A DNA stretch of 47,309 nt from a virus, in the IMG/VR virus record IMGVR_UViG_3300037467_000688. One strand, 5' to 3'. Position 1 is the stretch's first letter; the number at the start of each line of letters is the position of its first letter. Positions 22,358 through 30,195 of this stretch are shown here, one piece after another. Position numbers and translations under genes: made by a program. The notes under the pieces were generated by a model. It did not search any database. It saw only the letters and a list, made by a program, of their open reading frames with translations, and was not told the origin of the DNA.

Positions 22358-22377
22358 GCCTCCGTAGCGTGCCTGTG
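22358..22377 (-). promoter_or_regulatory. GGCACGC motif (minus strand CACAGGCACGCTACGGAGGC)
   Basis: Most upstream copy, inside the ORF-free region. Confidence 0.3.
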
Positions 22378-22584
22378 GGCCGATCAGGGAGCGGTGCCCC
22401 TATGGGGGGCGTCAGCCGCGAGTGACCCCGCGTATGGGGCCTCAGAATTGTGAGCCATTTTAGACCCTGGAAGGCACATGCCCCTCAGAGCCCCTTAAAT
22501 AGGCCCTGTAGCGTGTCCAGCACGTTTGGCTGTCCTACAGCCTGAAGGTCCCTCGAGGCTCTCTAGGGTGCCTCTACGGGCCTC

Positions 22585-22875
22585 CTAGCGCCCTCCGCGG
22601 ACCACAGACCAGACATCAGTGCCCAACAGCACCGCTGCGACCCCCACAACGACCCTCAAGGCCGCCCCACGGTCCCCTTTAGTCTGCCATAAGGTCACCC
22701 ATCCGGCCGCCGCGGGGATCACCGCGACGCCGAGCGCCTGGGCGAGGACCCACTTGAGCTCGACCGGGCCATGGACGACGGCCCAGGGGATGGAGACCAC
22801 GGCGGCTACGCCGGCGACGACCAGGATCGAAGACCAGGTGCTATTATCCCGCACTCTTCGGGGGAAGGGGTACAT
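22585..22875 (-). CDS. Membrane protein, 96 aa, three hydrophobic segments (last late gene)
   Basis: SSILVVAGVAAVVSIPWAVV, LAQALGVAVIPAAAGWVTLW, VVVGVAAVLLG. Confidence 0.55.
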   Translation of the reverse strand: MYPFPRRVRDNSTWSSILVVAGVAAVVSIPWAVVHGPVELKWVLAQALGVAVIPAAAGWVTLWQTKGDRGAALRVVVGVAAVLLGTDVWSVVRGGR

Positions 22876-22994
22876 ATAAGGGTACCTTAAGGAAACCTAT
22901 AAGGGGAACAATATATGTTTATTGTGAAGGAGTACAACATAGGGAACCCCTAAGGAGACCTGATGGTCCCCTCAGGAGCCCCTAAGGTGGTCAT

Positions 22995-23099
22995 TTAGTC
23001 CCCGCTGCGAGCCTTGGCGGCATCTGAGGCCATGAAGAAGACCGTCAGGAGGACCCAGAGGAGCCCAAGTAGGGCGAATAGGTCAACAATGATGTGCAT
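22995..23099 (-). CDS. Possible 34-aa hydrophobic peptide
   Basis: Hand-translated MHIIVDLFALLGLLWVLLTVFFMASDAAKARSGD; weak RBS. Confidence 0.3.
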   Translation of the reverse strand: MHIIVDLFALLGLLWVLLTVFFMASDAAKARSGD

Positions 23100-23108
23100 G
23101 TGGGGGTC

Positions 23109-23324
23109 CTATTTGGCTGCCGGGTGGGTCTCGGAGTCGTGGAAGTAGATGATGTAGTCGGACCTCCAGCGGAACCGAGGGTCCTCCATCCTCATCACCC
23201 TTCCTCCCATCTCCCGAATGAGCCGTAGCATGGCTTCCATGTAGCCCCAGGCCTCGTTGATCTCGGCCCACCGGAGCTGCTCGGCCATCAGGCCGGCCAT
23301 GCGGAGGGCATTACTTACCGCCAT
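23109..23324 (-). CDS. Hypothetical protein, 71 aa
   Basis: Start overlaps the terminase 3' end; Met/Arg/Glu-rich helical composition. Confidence 0.5.
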   Translation of the reverse strand: MAVSNALRMAGLMAEQLRWAEINEAWGYMEAMLRLIREMGGRVMRMEDPRFRWRSDYIIYFHDSETHPAAK

Positions 23325-25168
23325 GTGGCGCTCCGGTGGGTCTTGAGGGCACGCCTTAGGGCGGCCGGAGAGGTGGAGCGGCGGGAGACCTGACGGCCTC
23401 CTCCGCGGGTCCGATGGGGGTCATCGGGGACGAACTTGGCGCCCTTGAGCTGCGTTGCCATAACCAATTTGGCGAACTCTTGGGCGTCCTTTCTCTCCAG
23501 CTCGGCTTCCGCCTTGGAGCTGTCGAGGGCCATGTAGTCGAGCCAGTAGGCGACCGCGTTGGCGAGCACGTCGATGCGGTCATCCTTGCGGAGAGCGCCC
23601 CGCTGGTTCGCCATGTGGGTTAGCTGGTAGAGGCCAGAATATTCCAAATAGGCGAATTTGCCGAGCTTTCGCTCCGCATGGGACTTCACTTCGACCAGGT
23701 CATCTTCGATCACCGACCGATCCACGACCAGGCGGTGGTTCTGAAGCACGGGCTGGAGGTGGCCGATGATCCGGCTCTCCTTCATCGCCACGCCCACCTT
23801 GTGGTCCTCCACACGGCCCTTGAAGCCGGCCTGGCGGAGGTGCGTCTCGAGCAGCCGGGAAAACATCCCGTCGCCGAAGTTGGACTCCACGCGGATCAGA
23901 GGGACGCCGGCGTCGACCGCGATCTGGGCCAGGTCGGCCATCGTGGCCTCGCTGTGCCCGTCCTTGAAGCCGCCCCACTTCCGCAGATAGATGCGGCCAT
24001 TGAGGAAGCTGGTCAGGGCATAGCCGGTCTCATCGGTGCCGGAGCCGGAGGGGTCGATCTCGAGGACCGTCCCCGAGTAGGGCTTCCACTCGTCGGCCAC
24101 GTACAGCGGGCCGTAGAAGCGGTCCCCGTCGAAGCCGACGTTGTCCAGGTCCTTGAGGAGCTGCTGCCGGCTCGTGCCCCAGGACAGGTGGATCGGGGCT
24201 CGCTCCTGGTCGACGTCGAAGACGATCAGGTCGCGGGTCTTGAGCGGGAAGCGCTCTTGGTCCGTGAGGCTCGTGTCGAGCATGAACTGGAGCTGGAAGC
24301 CGGCCAGGCCCCACTCCGTCTCGCGCTCGATCAGGTCCTCCTCATTGAACCGCTGAGGGTCCGTTGGGGCGCCGCCGAGGCTGGACCCGAACTTGGGCTC
24401 CGACAGGGCGGGGTTCTCCTCCAGGTCCTTCGCCAGCATGGGCGCCAGGTCCTCGAGGTAGAGCTCCATCTTGCCGGCCATCGGGTAGCGGCCCGGCCAC
24501 AGGCGCATGGAGTATCCCTTGGCCTTCAGGCCGCGGTAGATGGACGCCATGCTCTGGAACGTGCCGAGGTAGATGGTCTCGCCACCCGGCTTACGCAGAG
24601 CGGCCGCTTCGCCGACCCGGTCGACCAGCTTCTCGCGCTGGCCCTCGGTCTCCGAGTTGTTGGGGACCTCGACGTCGTCGAACAGAAGAATGTCCGAGCG
24701 TCCGCCGGTGAGCTGCCCGCCGATCCCCGCGGCCCACACTGAGGGGTCCTTAGAGGGCTTTGCGGGTCCCACGTCGAACTGCATGGTGCTGTTCTTCTGG
24801 GACGCTCTGGCTTGCAGACCGGCCCACGGAACGGGCTCCTGGGTCTCTATGTCGGTGGCGTTGATGAGGGTGTGGATGAAGGCCGCCACGGTCGCCGCGA
24901 ACCGCTCGTTGGCGGAGACCACGCCGATCTTGAGGTCGGGGTCCTTCCACAGTCGCCAGACGATGTAGGCGCCCGTGAGGAAGGTCTTCCCGACGCCCCG
25001 GAAGGCGGCGATGAAGCGGAGCCTCGGGCCTCCTTCGAGGTACCGGGCGATGTCATATTGGACCCGCGTGGGGGCGGGGAGGGAGAGGACTCGCGTCCAG
25101 ACGTACCAGATGAACTTGAGGAAGGAGCCCTTGAGGATGTCCTCCAGGGTCTCCGGCACGGTTGCCAA
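23315..25168 (-). CDS. terL: Terminase large subunit, T7 gp19-like
   Basis: Walker A AAFRGVGKTF, Walker B DILLFDDVE; size and position as in T7; TTG start after AAGGA (no usable upstream ATG). Confidence 0.9.
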   Translation of the reverse strand: MATVPETLEDILKGSFLKFIWYVWTRVLSLPAPTRVQYDIARYLEGGPRLRFIAAFRGVGKTFLTGAYIVWRLWKDPDLKIGVVSANERFAATVAAFIHTLINATDIETQEPVPWAGLQARASQKNSTMQFDVGPAKPSKDPSVWAAGIGGQLTGGRSDILLFDDVEVPNNSETEGQREKLVDRVGEAAALRKPGGETIYLGTFQSMASIYRGLKAKGYSMRLWPGRYPMAGKMELYLEDLAPMLAKDLEENPALSEPKFGSSLGGAPTDPQRFNEEDLIERETEWGLAGFQLQFMLDTSLTDQERFPLKTRDLIVFDVDQERAPIHLSWGTSRQQLLKDLDNVGFDGDRFYGPLYVADEWKPYSGTVLEIDPSGSGTDETGYALTSFLNGRIYLRKWGGFKDGHSEATMADLAQIAVDAGVPLIRVESNFGDGMFSRLLETHLRQAGFKGRVEDHKVGVAMKESRIIGHLQPVLQNHRLVVDRSVIEDDLVEVKSHAERKLGKFAYLEYSGLYQLTHMANQRGALRKDDRIDVLANAVAYWLDYMALDSSKAEAELERKDAQEFAKLVMATQLKGAKFVPDDPHRTRGGGRQVSRRSTSPAALRRALKTHRSATWR

Positions 25169-25332
25169 GGTTTCGTCCTTACATTATTCCCGTGCCGACC
25201 ATCTGCGGACCCCTATGGCCCCCGATGGAGGAGGCGTAAGATGATCCGCAGATATTTGCGTCGGCTCTGGGCTACCATCATGTCCGTCACCCACCAGACC
25301 GACGAGGAGTGGTGGGAGCGGCAGTGGTGATG

Positions 25333-26091
25333 CTACGGGTGGAGCGCGGCTAGGTAGGTTTGCAGATTGCCGCGATCCGTGGAGTTCAATATCCCCGTGC
25401 CGAAGACAACGCCGTAGATGCGGCCGCCGAGACGGTCGCTGCCGCCTCCTGCTTGGGCACCGAGGGTGAAAGACCTCGGATCGGTGCGGAGCGCGAAGCT
25501 GTTAGCCGTCGAGCCAGCACTGACGTTGTCCAGGAATACCTCAACCGCGGATGTGCCGGTGTTGAAGAAGGCGACGAAGGGAGTGGCGGCCGTAATCGTC
25601 CCACCCGTGTCTGACGCGCCAGCGGACCAATCGGCCTTCGAGCTGGCGCCCGTTAGGACACCAGCGGCCGACTGAAGATACGAAGTGCCTGATGCGAACA
25701 CTTCGTTGTCCGCGATGCTGGTGACGTATCCAGAGACCGCTATCCAGTTCTGGCCGCTCCCGTCGCCAGCCGCAATGGCCGCCGCGGTTGCCATGAAGTC
25801 GTCCGTATGGTCGAACTCGAGGTACGGCTTCCCGCTGCCCGTGCGGTAGAGCGGGCGGCTGCCGAGGGTCGCCTGGATGAGGTGATTAGCGTTGCCGGAC
25901 TTGTCGTTCGCCTGGTAGACCGCTTGCCCGTCGGCGCTGACCAGCGTCGTACCGGCATCCGTGTAGAGCTTCGCCGGGTCCGCCTCGACCCATACGAGTG
26001 GGCTCAGCGAGGCGGGTGTCCACGCAGGACCGCCGCCGCCCGAGAGAGCGGCGACTGACCGCGTCAGCCCGAAGAAGGGTAAATCAAGCAT
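25333..26091 (-). CDS. LamG / ConA-like lectin-fold protein, 252 aa
   Basis: Start MLDLPFFGLT; LVWVEADPAKLYTDAG...YQANDKSGNANHLIQATLGSRPLYR...PYLEFDHTDDF fits the LamG-type phage tail accessory pattern. Confidence 0.5.
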   Translation of the reverse strand: MLDLPFFGLTRSVAALSGGGGPAWTPASLSPLVWVEADPAKLYTDAGTTLVSADGQAVYQANDKSGNANHLIQATLGSRPLYRTGSGKPYLEFDHTDDFMATAAAIAAGDGSGQNWIAVSGYVTSIADNEVFASGTSYLQSAAGVLTGASSKADWSAGASDTGGTITAATPFVAFFNTGTSAVEVFLDNVSAGSTANSFALRTDPRSFTLGAQAGGGSDRLGGRIYGVVFGTGILNSTDRGNLQTYLAALHP

Positions 26092-26104
26092 GACGTGGGG
26101 GTCC

Positions 26105-28321
26105 TTAGTTCGGGATAAACTGCGCTGATCCCAGAGCGTGCAGCCCGTTGGTCGTCGGGGACCAGACACCAGCGCCGGACACTTGCATGACGTAGGCGTA
26201 GTATTTGACGCCGGCAGTTAGGCCGGTCACGCTGATCGTCTTGGCGCCGGCGGAGGCTACCGCCTGGGTGCCCTGCTTGGGGAACGGGGTGGTGTTGTTG
26301 ATGTCGTTGAAGTCCCGCCCGTTCTTGACTTCGCCAGGCAGGCGCGGCGGACAGTAGCTCGAGCCGTCACAGTCGAGGTACGTGACGTCGCTGACGACCC
26401 AATAGAGGGTGCCGTTGCCGGTGTCGGTCGTGACGTTGATGGTCGCCGTCGTGGCGCCCGTTACGGTGACCGAAAAGGCCGTGAGCTGAGGCGCCGCGGA
26501 GACCGTCCAGGAGACATTGGTGGTGTGGGGCGTCCCGCCGCCGGAAGGCGTCTCGGTGATCGTCCCGGTTCCTGAGCCGGCCGTTTGGGTTCCGTCGAGG
26601 GACCAGAAGCGGGTCTTTGCGTCGAAGGTGAGGCCGGTCGGCCAGGTGCCTCCGAAGGTCAGAGTGCTTTCCGGTTGGGTCCCGACGATGGGACCGAAGT
26701 CCACATTGCCGGTGCGCCACGGGGTGCTGTCGATGGCGAGGTCGATCAGCGGAGGCGTGGCCTGCCCGTAAGCGCCCAGGATCGACGTCAGGAGAGACCG
26801 CTGGATGTGGGCTTCCGGATTGTCGATGGCGTACTGCATCATCGCCGAGTAGCTGGCGTAGCCAGCCGCAGTGGCGAGTGCGGGTGCGTCTAGGGCCGCA
26901 TTGGGGAACGTGACGGAGCTGCGGTTGGTGTTCGTGCCCGAGGTCGGGTCGTCCCACACGTTGTTGGTGAAGGTCGGGAAGTCCGTCGCCGAGTTATCAC
27001 GGGCGACATAGGTGCCCCCCGAGGCCGACCACTGTGAGCTGATGTTATGGTCGAAGACCATGTAGCTCGGTGCGGCATACAGAGAGTCAACGCTGTACGT
27101 TGAGTTCTGTCCGGTCCCACCATTATGTGCGAGCACGTTGTAGCGCGAGGTCGCAATCGTCTTCCCGCGCAGCGTGTCGATCCCCCAACCGCGGGGATTG
27201 GAACTGTTTAGGTCGATGCCGTTGAGGATCGCGTTCGCGGTTACGTCGAGCGCATCGCCCCACGGGCTTGCGAAGTCGGCATGGTTACCGCCTCCGGCGC
27301 TGATCGCGATGGGGCAGTAGAGATAGACGTTGCTGTGGAGGATCGTGTCGTCGCGGTGCGACCCGCAATCGGCACTGCCGTCAGCCAGAAAGAGGCGACG
27401 GTAAAGCGCCTTGGTCGTGTGCTGAGCGTAGATTGGGTGGACAAAGACGCTTGCGCCCTGGGTCGCGTCATTCCGGCCGAGCCCGCCGATCTTCCAGCCG
27501 TTGTGGTAGAAGACGCTGTCTTCGACCGTGAGGCCCCATCCGCCCGAGACGTAGAGGCCGTTGATGCCTCCCGCCCCCCACTCGCCGTAGAAGGCGCTGT
27601 TGCGGACGATCCAGTGCCGTCCGACAATCGGGCGGTGGTTGATCTTGAGGATGAGTCCGGAGTAGCGGAACAGGTCGTTCTCGAAGAGAAAACCGCTGCC
27701 GATGTCCTCCAAGTCGTTGAAGGCGTCGGCGACGTTCCCCGGATTGATGTCGATACCGCGGAGTGCGATGTAGCTCTGTCCGGTCCCGCCGTTCCACACG
27801 AGGGTTCCGGAGAACACCGGACGGGCGTGGGAGCCGGTCCCACTCGCCCGGCCGTATTTCGCTTCGTTGAGCGGGTCGGTCGGGTCGTAGCTTTGTGCGG
27901 CGACGAACGGATAGAGGTAGCTGAAGCCGCCGACCCGGCCCGCCATGCTCGGCGGAGCGGTCGCGTAGGTCGTCCCCTCGGCGAACAATATCTGGTCGCC
28001 GCTCCCGTCTGTCGTACAGGCCAGGACGGAAGCCGCACTCGCCTTCGGTGTCGACGGGCTCTGGGCGGCCGTACAGGTGTTCGCGTCCGACCCCGTCGCC
28101 GAGCTGACGAAGTAGCGGTGCGACCCCGCCTTCAGCGGCAAGTCAGCGAACCCGTTAGAGTCCACTCCGTTGCCGATGGCGGTGTCGTAGAGGTAGGTCG
28201 TCGAGGAGACGGTGGGCGGCGGGACGTGATGCCGGATGGTGTGGAAGCGATCAGCGCTCGCTGCCGTGAAGGCTTGTAGTCCGAAAAGCAGCGCCGCCAG
28301 CGATAGCCAGAAGGCTCGCAT
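26105..28321 (-). CDS. Right-handed beta-helix (pectate-lyase-like) protein with a C-terminal FN3 domain and an N-terminal Sec signal peptide, 738 aa
   Basis: Start MRAFWLSLAALLFGLQAFTAASA-DRF (TAATG junction at 28319-28323); repetitive N/G/W-rich coils (NSAFYGEWGAGGINGLYVSGGWGLTVEDSVFYHNGW); FN3-like TATINVTTDTGNGTLYWVV...ISVTGLTAGVKYYAYV. Confidence 0.6.
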   Translation of the reverse strand: MRAFWLSLAALLFGLQAFTAASADRFHTIRHHVPPPTVSSTTYLYDTAIGNGVDSNGFADLPLKAGSHRYFVSSATGSDANTCTAAQSPSTPKASAASVLACTTDGSGDQILFAEGTTYATAPPSMAGRVGGFSYLYPFVAAQSYDPTDPLNEAKYGRASGTGSHARPVFSGTLVWNGGTGQSYIALRGIDINPGNVADAFNDLEDIGSGFLFENDLFRYSGLILKINHRPIVGRHWIVRNSAFYGEWGAGGINGLYVSGGWGLTVEDSVFYHNGWKIGGLGRNDATQGASVFVHPIYAQHTTKALYRRLFLADGSADCGSHRDDTILHSNVYLYCPIAISAGGGNHADFASPWGDALDVTANAILNGIDLNSSNPRGWGIDTLRGKTIATSRYNVLAHNGGTGQNSTYSVDSLYAAPSYMVFDHNISSQWSASGGTYVARDNSATDFPTFTNNVWDDPTSGTNTNRSSVTFPNAALDAPALATAAGYASYSAMMQYAIDNPEAHIQRSLLTSILGAYGQATPPLIDLAIDSTPWRTGNVDFGPIVGTQPESTLTFGGTWPTGLTFDAKTRFWSLDGTQTAGSGTGTITETPSGGGTPHTTNVSWTVSAAPQLTAFSVTVTGATTATINVTTDTGNGTLYWVVSDVTYLDCDGSSYCPPRLPGEVKNGRDFNDINNTTPFPKQGTQAVASAGAKTISVTGLTAGVKYYAYVMQVSGAGVWSPTTNGLHALGSAQFIPN

Positions 28322-28890
28322 TAGGTGAAGTTGCCTACGGCGATGACCGAGAGGCCGGTCCCCGTGGTGACCTTCCAAGCCCCCGCCAGGCTTGTCAGCC
28401 CGAGGGAGATGGGGAAGGGAACCAGGTTCGAGAGAGCGCTTGCGCCGCCGGCGAACACGGTGATGGCTGAGCCGGCGCCATCCTTGATACTCACCGCCCC
28501 CGGTGAGGTCGATGTCGGGATGATGAGGAGGTGGGAGATATAGTCGCCCACCGCTCCCGTGGCGCCGATGACCTGATCGGTCTGACTTGCGGCGACGGTT
28601 TCAAACTCGCCGGGACCTACGACCGCGCTTGGGGCGGTCGAGCTGGCGTTCGAGGCAATCGTTGAGAGGTAGCCGAGAGCGCGCTTAACCAGCGCGATCA
28701 GGCTGAACGTCCCTGTGTCGGACGTGGCCGAGCTGTCCGCCGGGGCGCCGAGGCCAACGACCAACGGGTCATCCGTTGCCTGGACAACCGAAAGCGAGTC
28801 GACCTTTGCGTTTTGCCCGGCGTTGGGAAGAGAGTTGACAGTACGGGTGATGCTCCCGCTGTCGAGAACTGAAATGGTTGGAAAAGCCAT
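28321..28890 (-). CDS. Hypothetical Ser/Thr/Gly-rich beta protein, 189 aa
   Basis: Start MAFPTISVLDSGS; stop overlaps the start of the beta-helix gene. Confidence 0.5.
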   Translation of the reverse strand: MAFPTISVLDSGSITRTVNSLPNAGQNAKVDSLSVVQATDDPLVVGLGAPADSSATSDTGTFSLIALVKRALGYLSTIASNASSTAPSAVVGPGEFETVAASQTDQVIGATGAVGDYISHLLIIPTSTSPGAVSIKDGAGSAITVFAGGASALSNLVPFPISLGLTSLAGAWKVTTGTGLSVIAVGNFT

Positions 28891-28909
28891 CGTATATCTT
28901 TCAGAGGAC

Positions 28910-29677
28910 TTAGAGCGGCAGGAGCACGAGGAGGCCGCTCTGCGCTGTCTGATTGAACAGGAATTGCCCCGCGCTGCCCGCGGCGGCGGCGGTCGTGGAC
29001 GTGAAGGTGTCGCTCGTGGACCCAACGGTGAGCGTCGTGTTCACTGAGGCGGAGTTGGTGCCGGCGGACGTATGGCGAACCGCCAGGGTATCGCCGTTGA
29101 CCACGGTGACAGGGCCAGAGACCCATGAGCCGCCATTCTTCTGCAACTGGCTCGAGGCGTCGCCGCTGATCGCGGCCGTGGCGCTATCGCTGGCCCCGAG
29201 GCCGGCAATGGTGATCGTGTTCGAGGTCTGGAGCGTACTCAGAGGCACGCTGGAGACATCGGTGAAGCTGAAGGCCGACGGGCTGGTATCGTTGAGGTTC
29301 GCGACCGCGATGCTGAGCGTGGTCGACTTGGGGCTGCCGACCGCTCCCGCGAGGGTCTCGACTATGGTGATCGAGTGGCTTGTCGCGGTCTCGTAGTCAG
29401 TAGGCGTGGCGCCGGCGACGATGGCCGTGCCGGAGATGGCGAAGCGGCCGCCACCGTCCACAGATAGAGAGAGGCTTGACCCAGAGGTTAGGTTCTGGAT
29501 GCCGCCAACCACGGTGCCGGCCACCGAGTTCTCATTGATCGAGGCGTTGCTGAGGGACAGCACCGCGAGCGTCGGCGTGCCCCCCACGGAGCCCAAGAGG
29601 GTGGCCGCGAGAGGTGACGTCGAGCTGAGGAGCCGCTTGATCGCTACGATCCCCAGGCCTTTCGCGATGGCGGCCAT
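28910..29677 (-). CDS. Cadherin-like / Ig-like repeat protein, 255 aa
   Basis: LSNASINENSVAGTVVG...GGRFAISG...DYETATSHSITIVETLAG...LSIAVANLND, then FSFTDV...ITIAGLG...VVNGDTLAVRHTSAG...TLTVGSTSDTFTSTT. Confidence 0.5.
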   Translation of the reverse strand: MAAIAKGLGIVAIKRLLSSTSPLAATLLGSVGGTPTLAVLSLSNASINENSVAGTVVGGIQNLTSGSSLSLSVDGGGRFAISGTAIVAGATPTDYETATSHSITIVETLAGAVGSPKSTTLSIAVANLNDTSPSAFSFTDVSSVPLSTLQTSNTITIAGLGASDSATAAISGDASSQLQKNGGSWVSGPVTVVNGDTLAVRHTSAGTNSASVNTTLTVGSTSDTFTSTTAAAAGSAGQFLFNQTAQSGLLVLLPL

Positions 29678-29683
29678 GTCGGG

Positions 29684-29953
29684 TTACTCCTCGCCGACCC
29701 AGAGGGTCACGGTGCCGGTGCCGGCGGTGATCTCGAGTTGGATGAAGGGGACCCAGGAGATGGACTGAAGGAAGTCGGCGGTGCCGGCTGTCACGATGTC
29801 GTACCAAGGGGCGTCGGGGCTGATCCGGCCGCGGACTCGAAACGTGGTCGTCCCGTTGCCCTGCGCCTGGATGGGGAGGAGCGCGTGGCCGTAGCTGTCG
29901 CGCACCGACCCCGTGTGCGTGGCAGTGCCGACGCCCGTGAGGCTGATTTTCAT
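29684..29953 (-). CDS. Hypothetical small beta-rich protein, 89 aa
   Basis: ORF with natural composition; no SD (upstream sequence is CTCCTTCCTCC). Confidence 0.45.
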   Translation of the reverse strand: MKISLTGVGTATHTGSVRDSYGHALLPIQAQGNGTTTFRVRGRISPDAPWYDIVTAGTADFLQSISWVPFIQLEITAGTGTVTLWVGEE

Positions 29954-29967
29954 GGAGGAAGGAGCTT

Positions 29968-30195
29968 TCAGTTGGTCAGGAAGGAGGGGTCGTCGACCTG
30001 GAGGTTCTTGAGCTCCTCCACGATCCCGGAGAACCGCGGCGAGGTCGCCGGCGCGTCCACGCCGTTGTCCTTGAGGAACTTGATGGCGACCGCGATGTCT
30101 TTGGCCTCGACGCCGTCACCTTTCAGCTTGGCTGTCAGGACGTCCGCTACGGCCGCATGGAGGGCGTCGAGAGCGTCGCTACTTGCGCGGCTCAT
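29968..30195 (-). CDS. Terminase small subunit candidate, T7 gp18-like
   Basis: 75 aa after the fibre/holin-position genes; IAVAIKFLKDNGVDA...IVEELKNL resembles the T7 gp18 segment NAINKLLDRHKFQ...ALEEY (recalled from memory). Confidence 0.45.
   Translation of the reverse strand: MSRASSDALDALHAAVADVLTAKLKGDGVEAKDIAVAIKFLKDNGVDAPATSPRFSGIVEELKNLQVDDPSFLTN

Larger units (their letters stand above)
21400..22584. other. ORF-free, repeat-dense region; probable location of the physical genome ends, early promoters and/or an origin
   Basis: No ORF with an RBS or natural composition; lies between the last late gene and the first early gene; contains TGAGGGGCG x6, a tandem 11-mer, TTGACA hexamers and GGCACGC motifs. 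Confidence 0.6.

Noticed and set aside
19546-22377. Reading the TGGCACG-containing motifs as sigma-54 (-24/-12) promoters.
   Set aside because: The required TTGC(A/T) element at the -12 spacing is absent in every copy. Only the GGCAC part matches.
22967-22981. The 14-mer cccctcaggagccc on the plus strand at 22967, with its reverse complement at 42091-42104.
   Set aside because: The length is within chance expectation for this composition. It is mentioned only in passing under the terminator and spacer findings.
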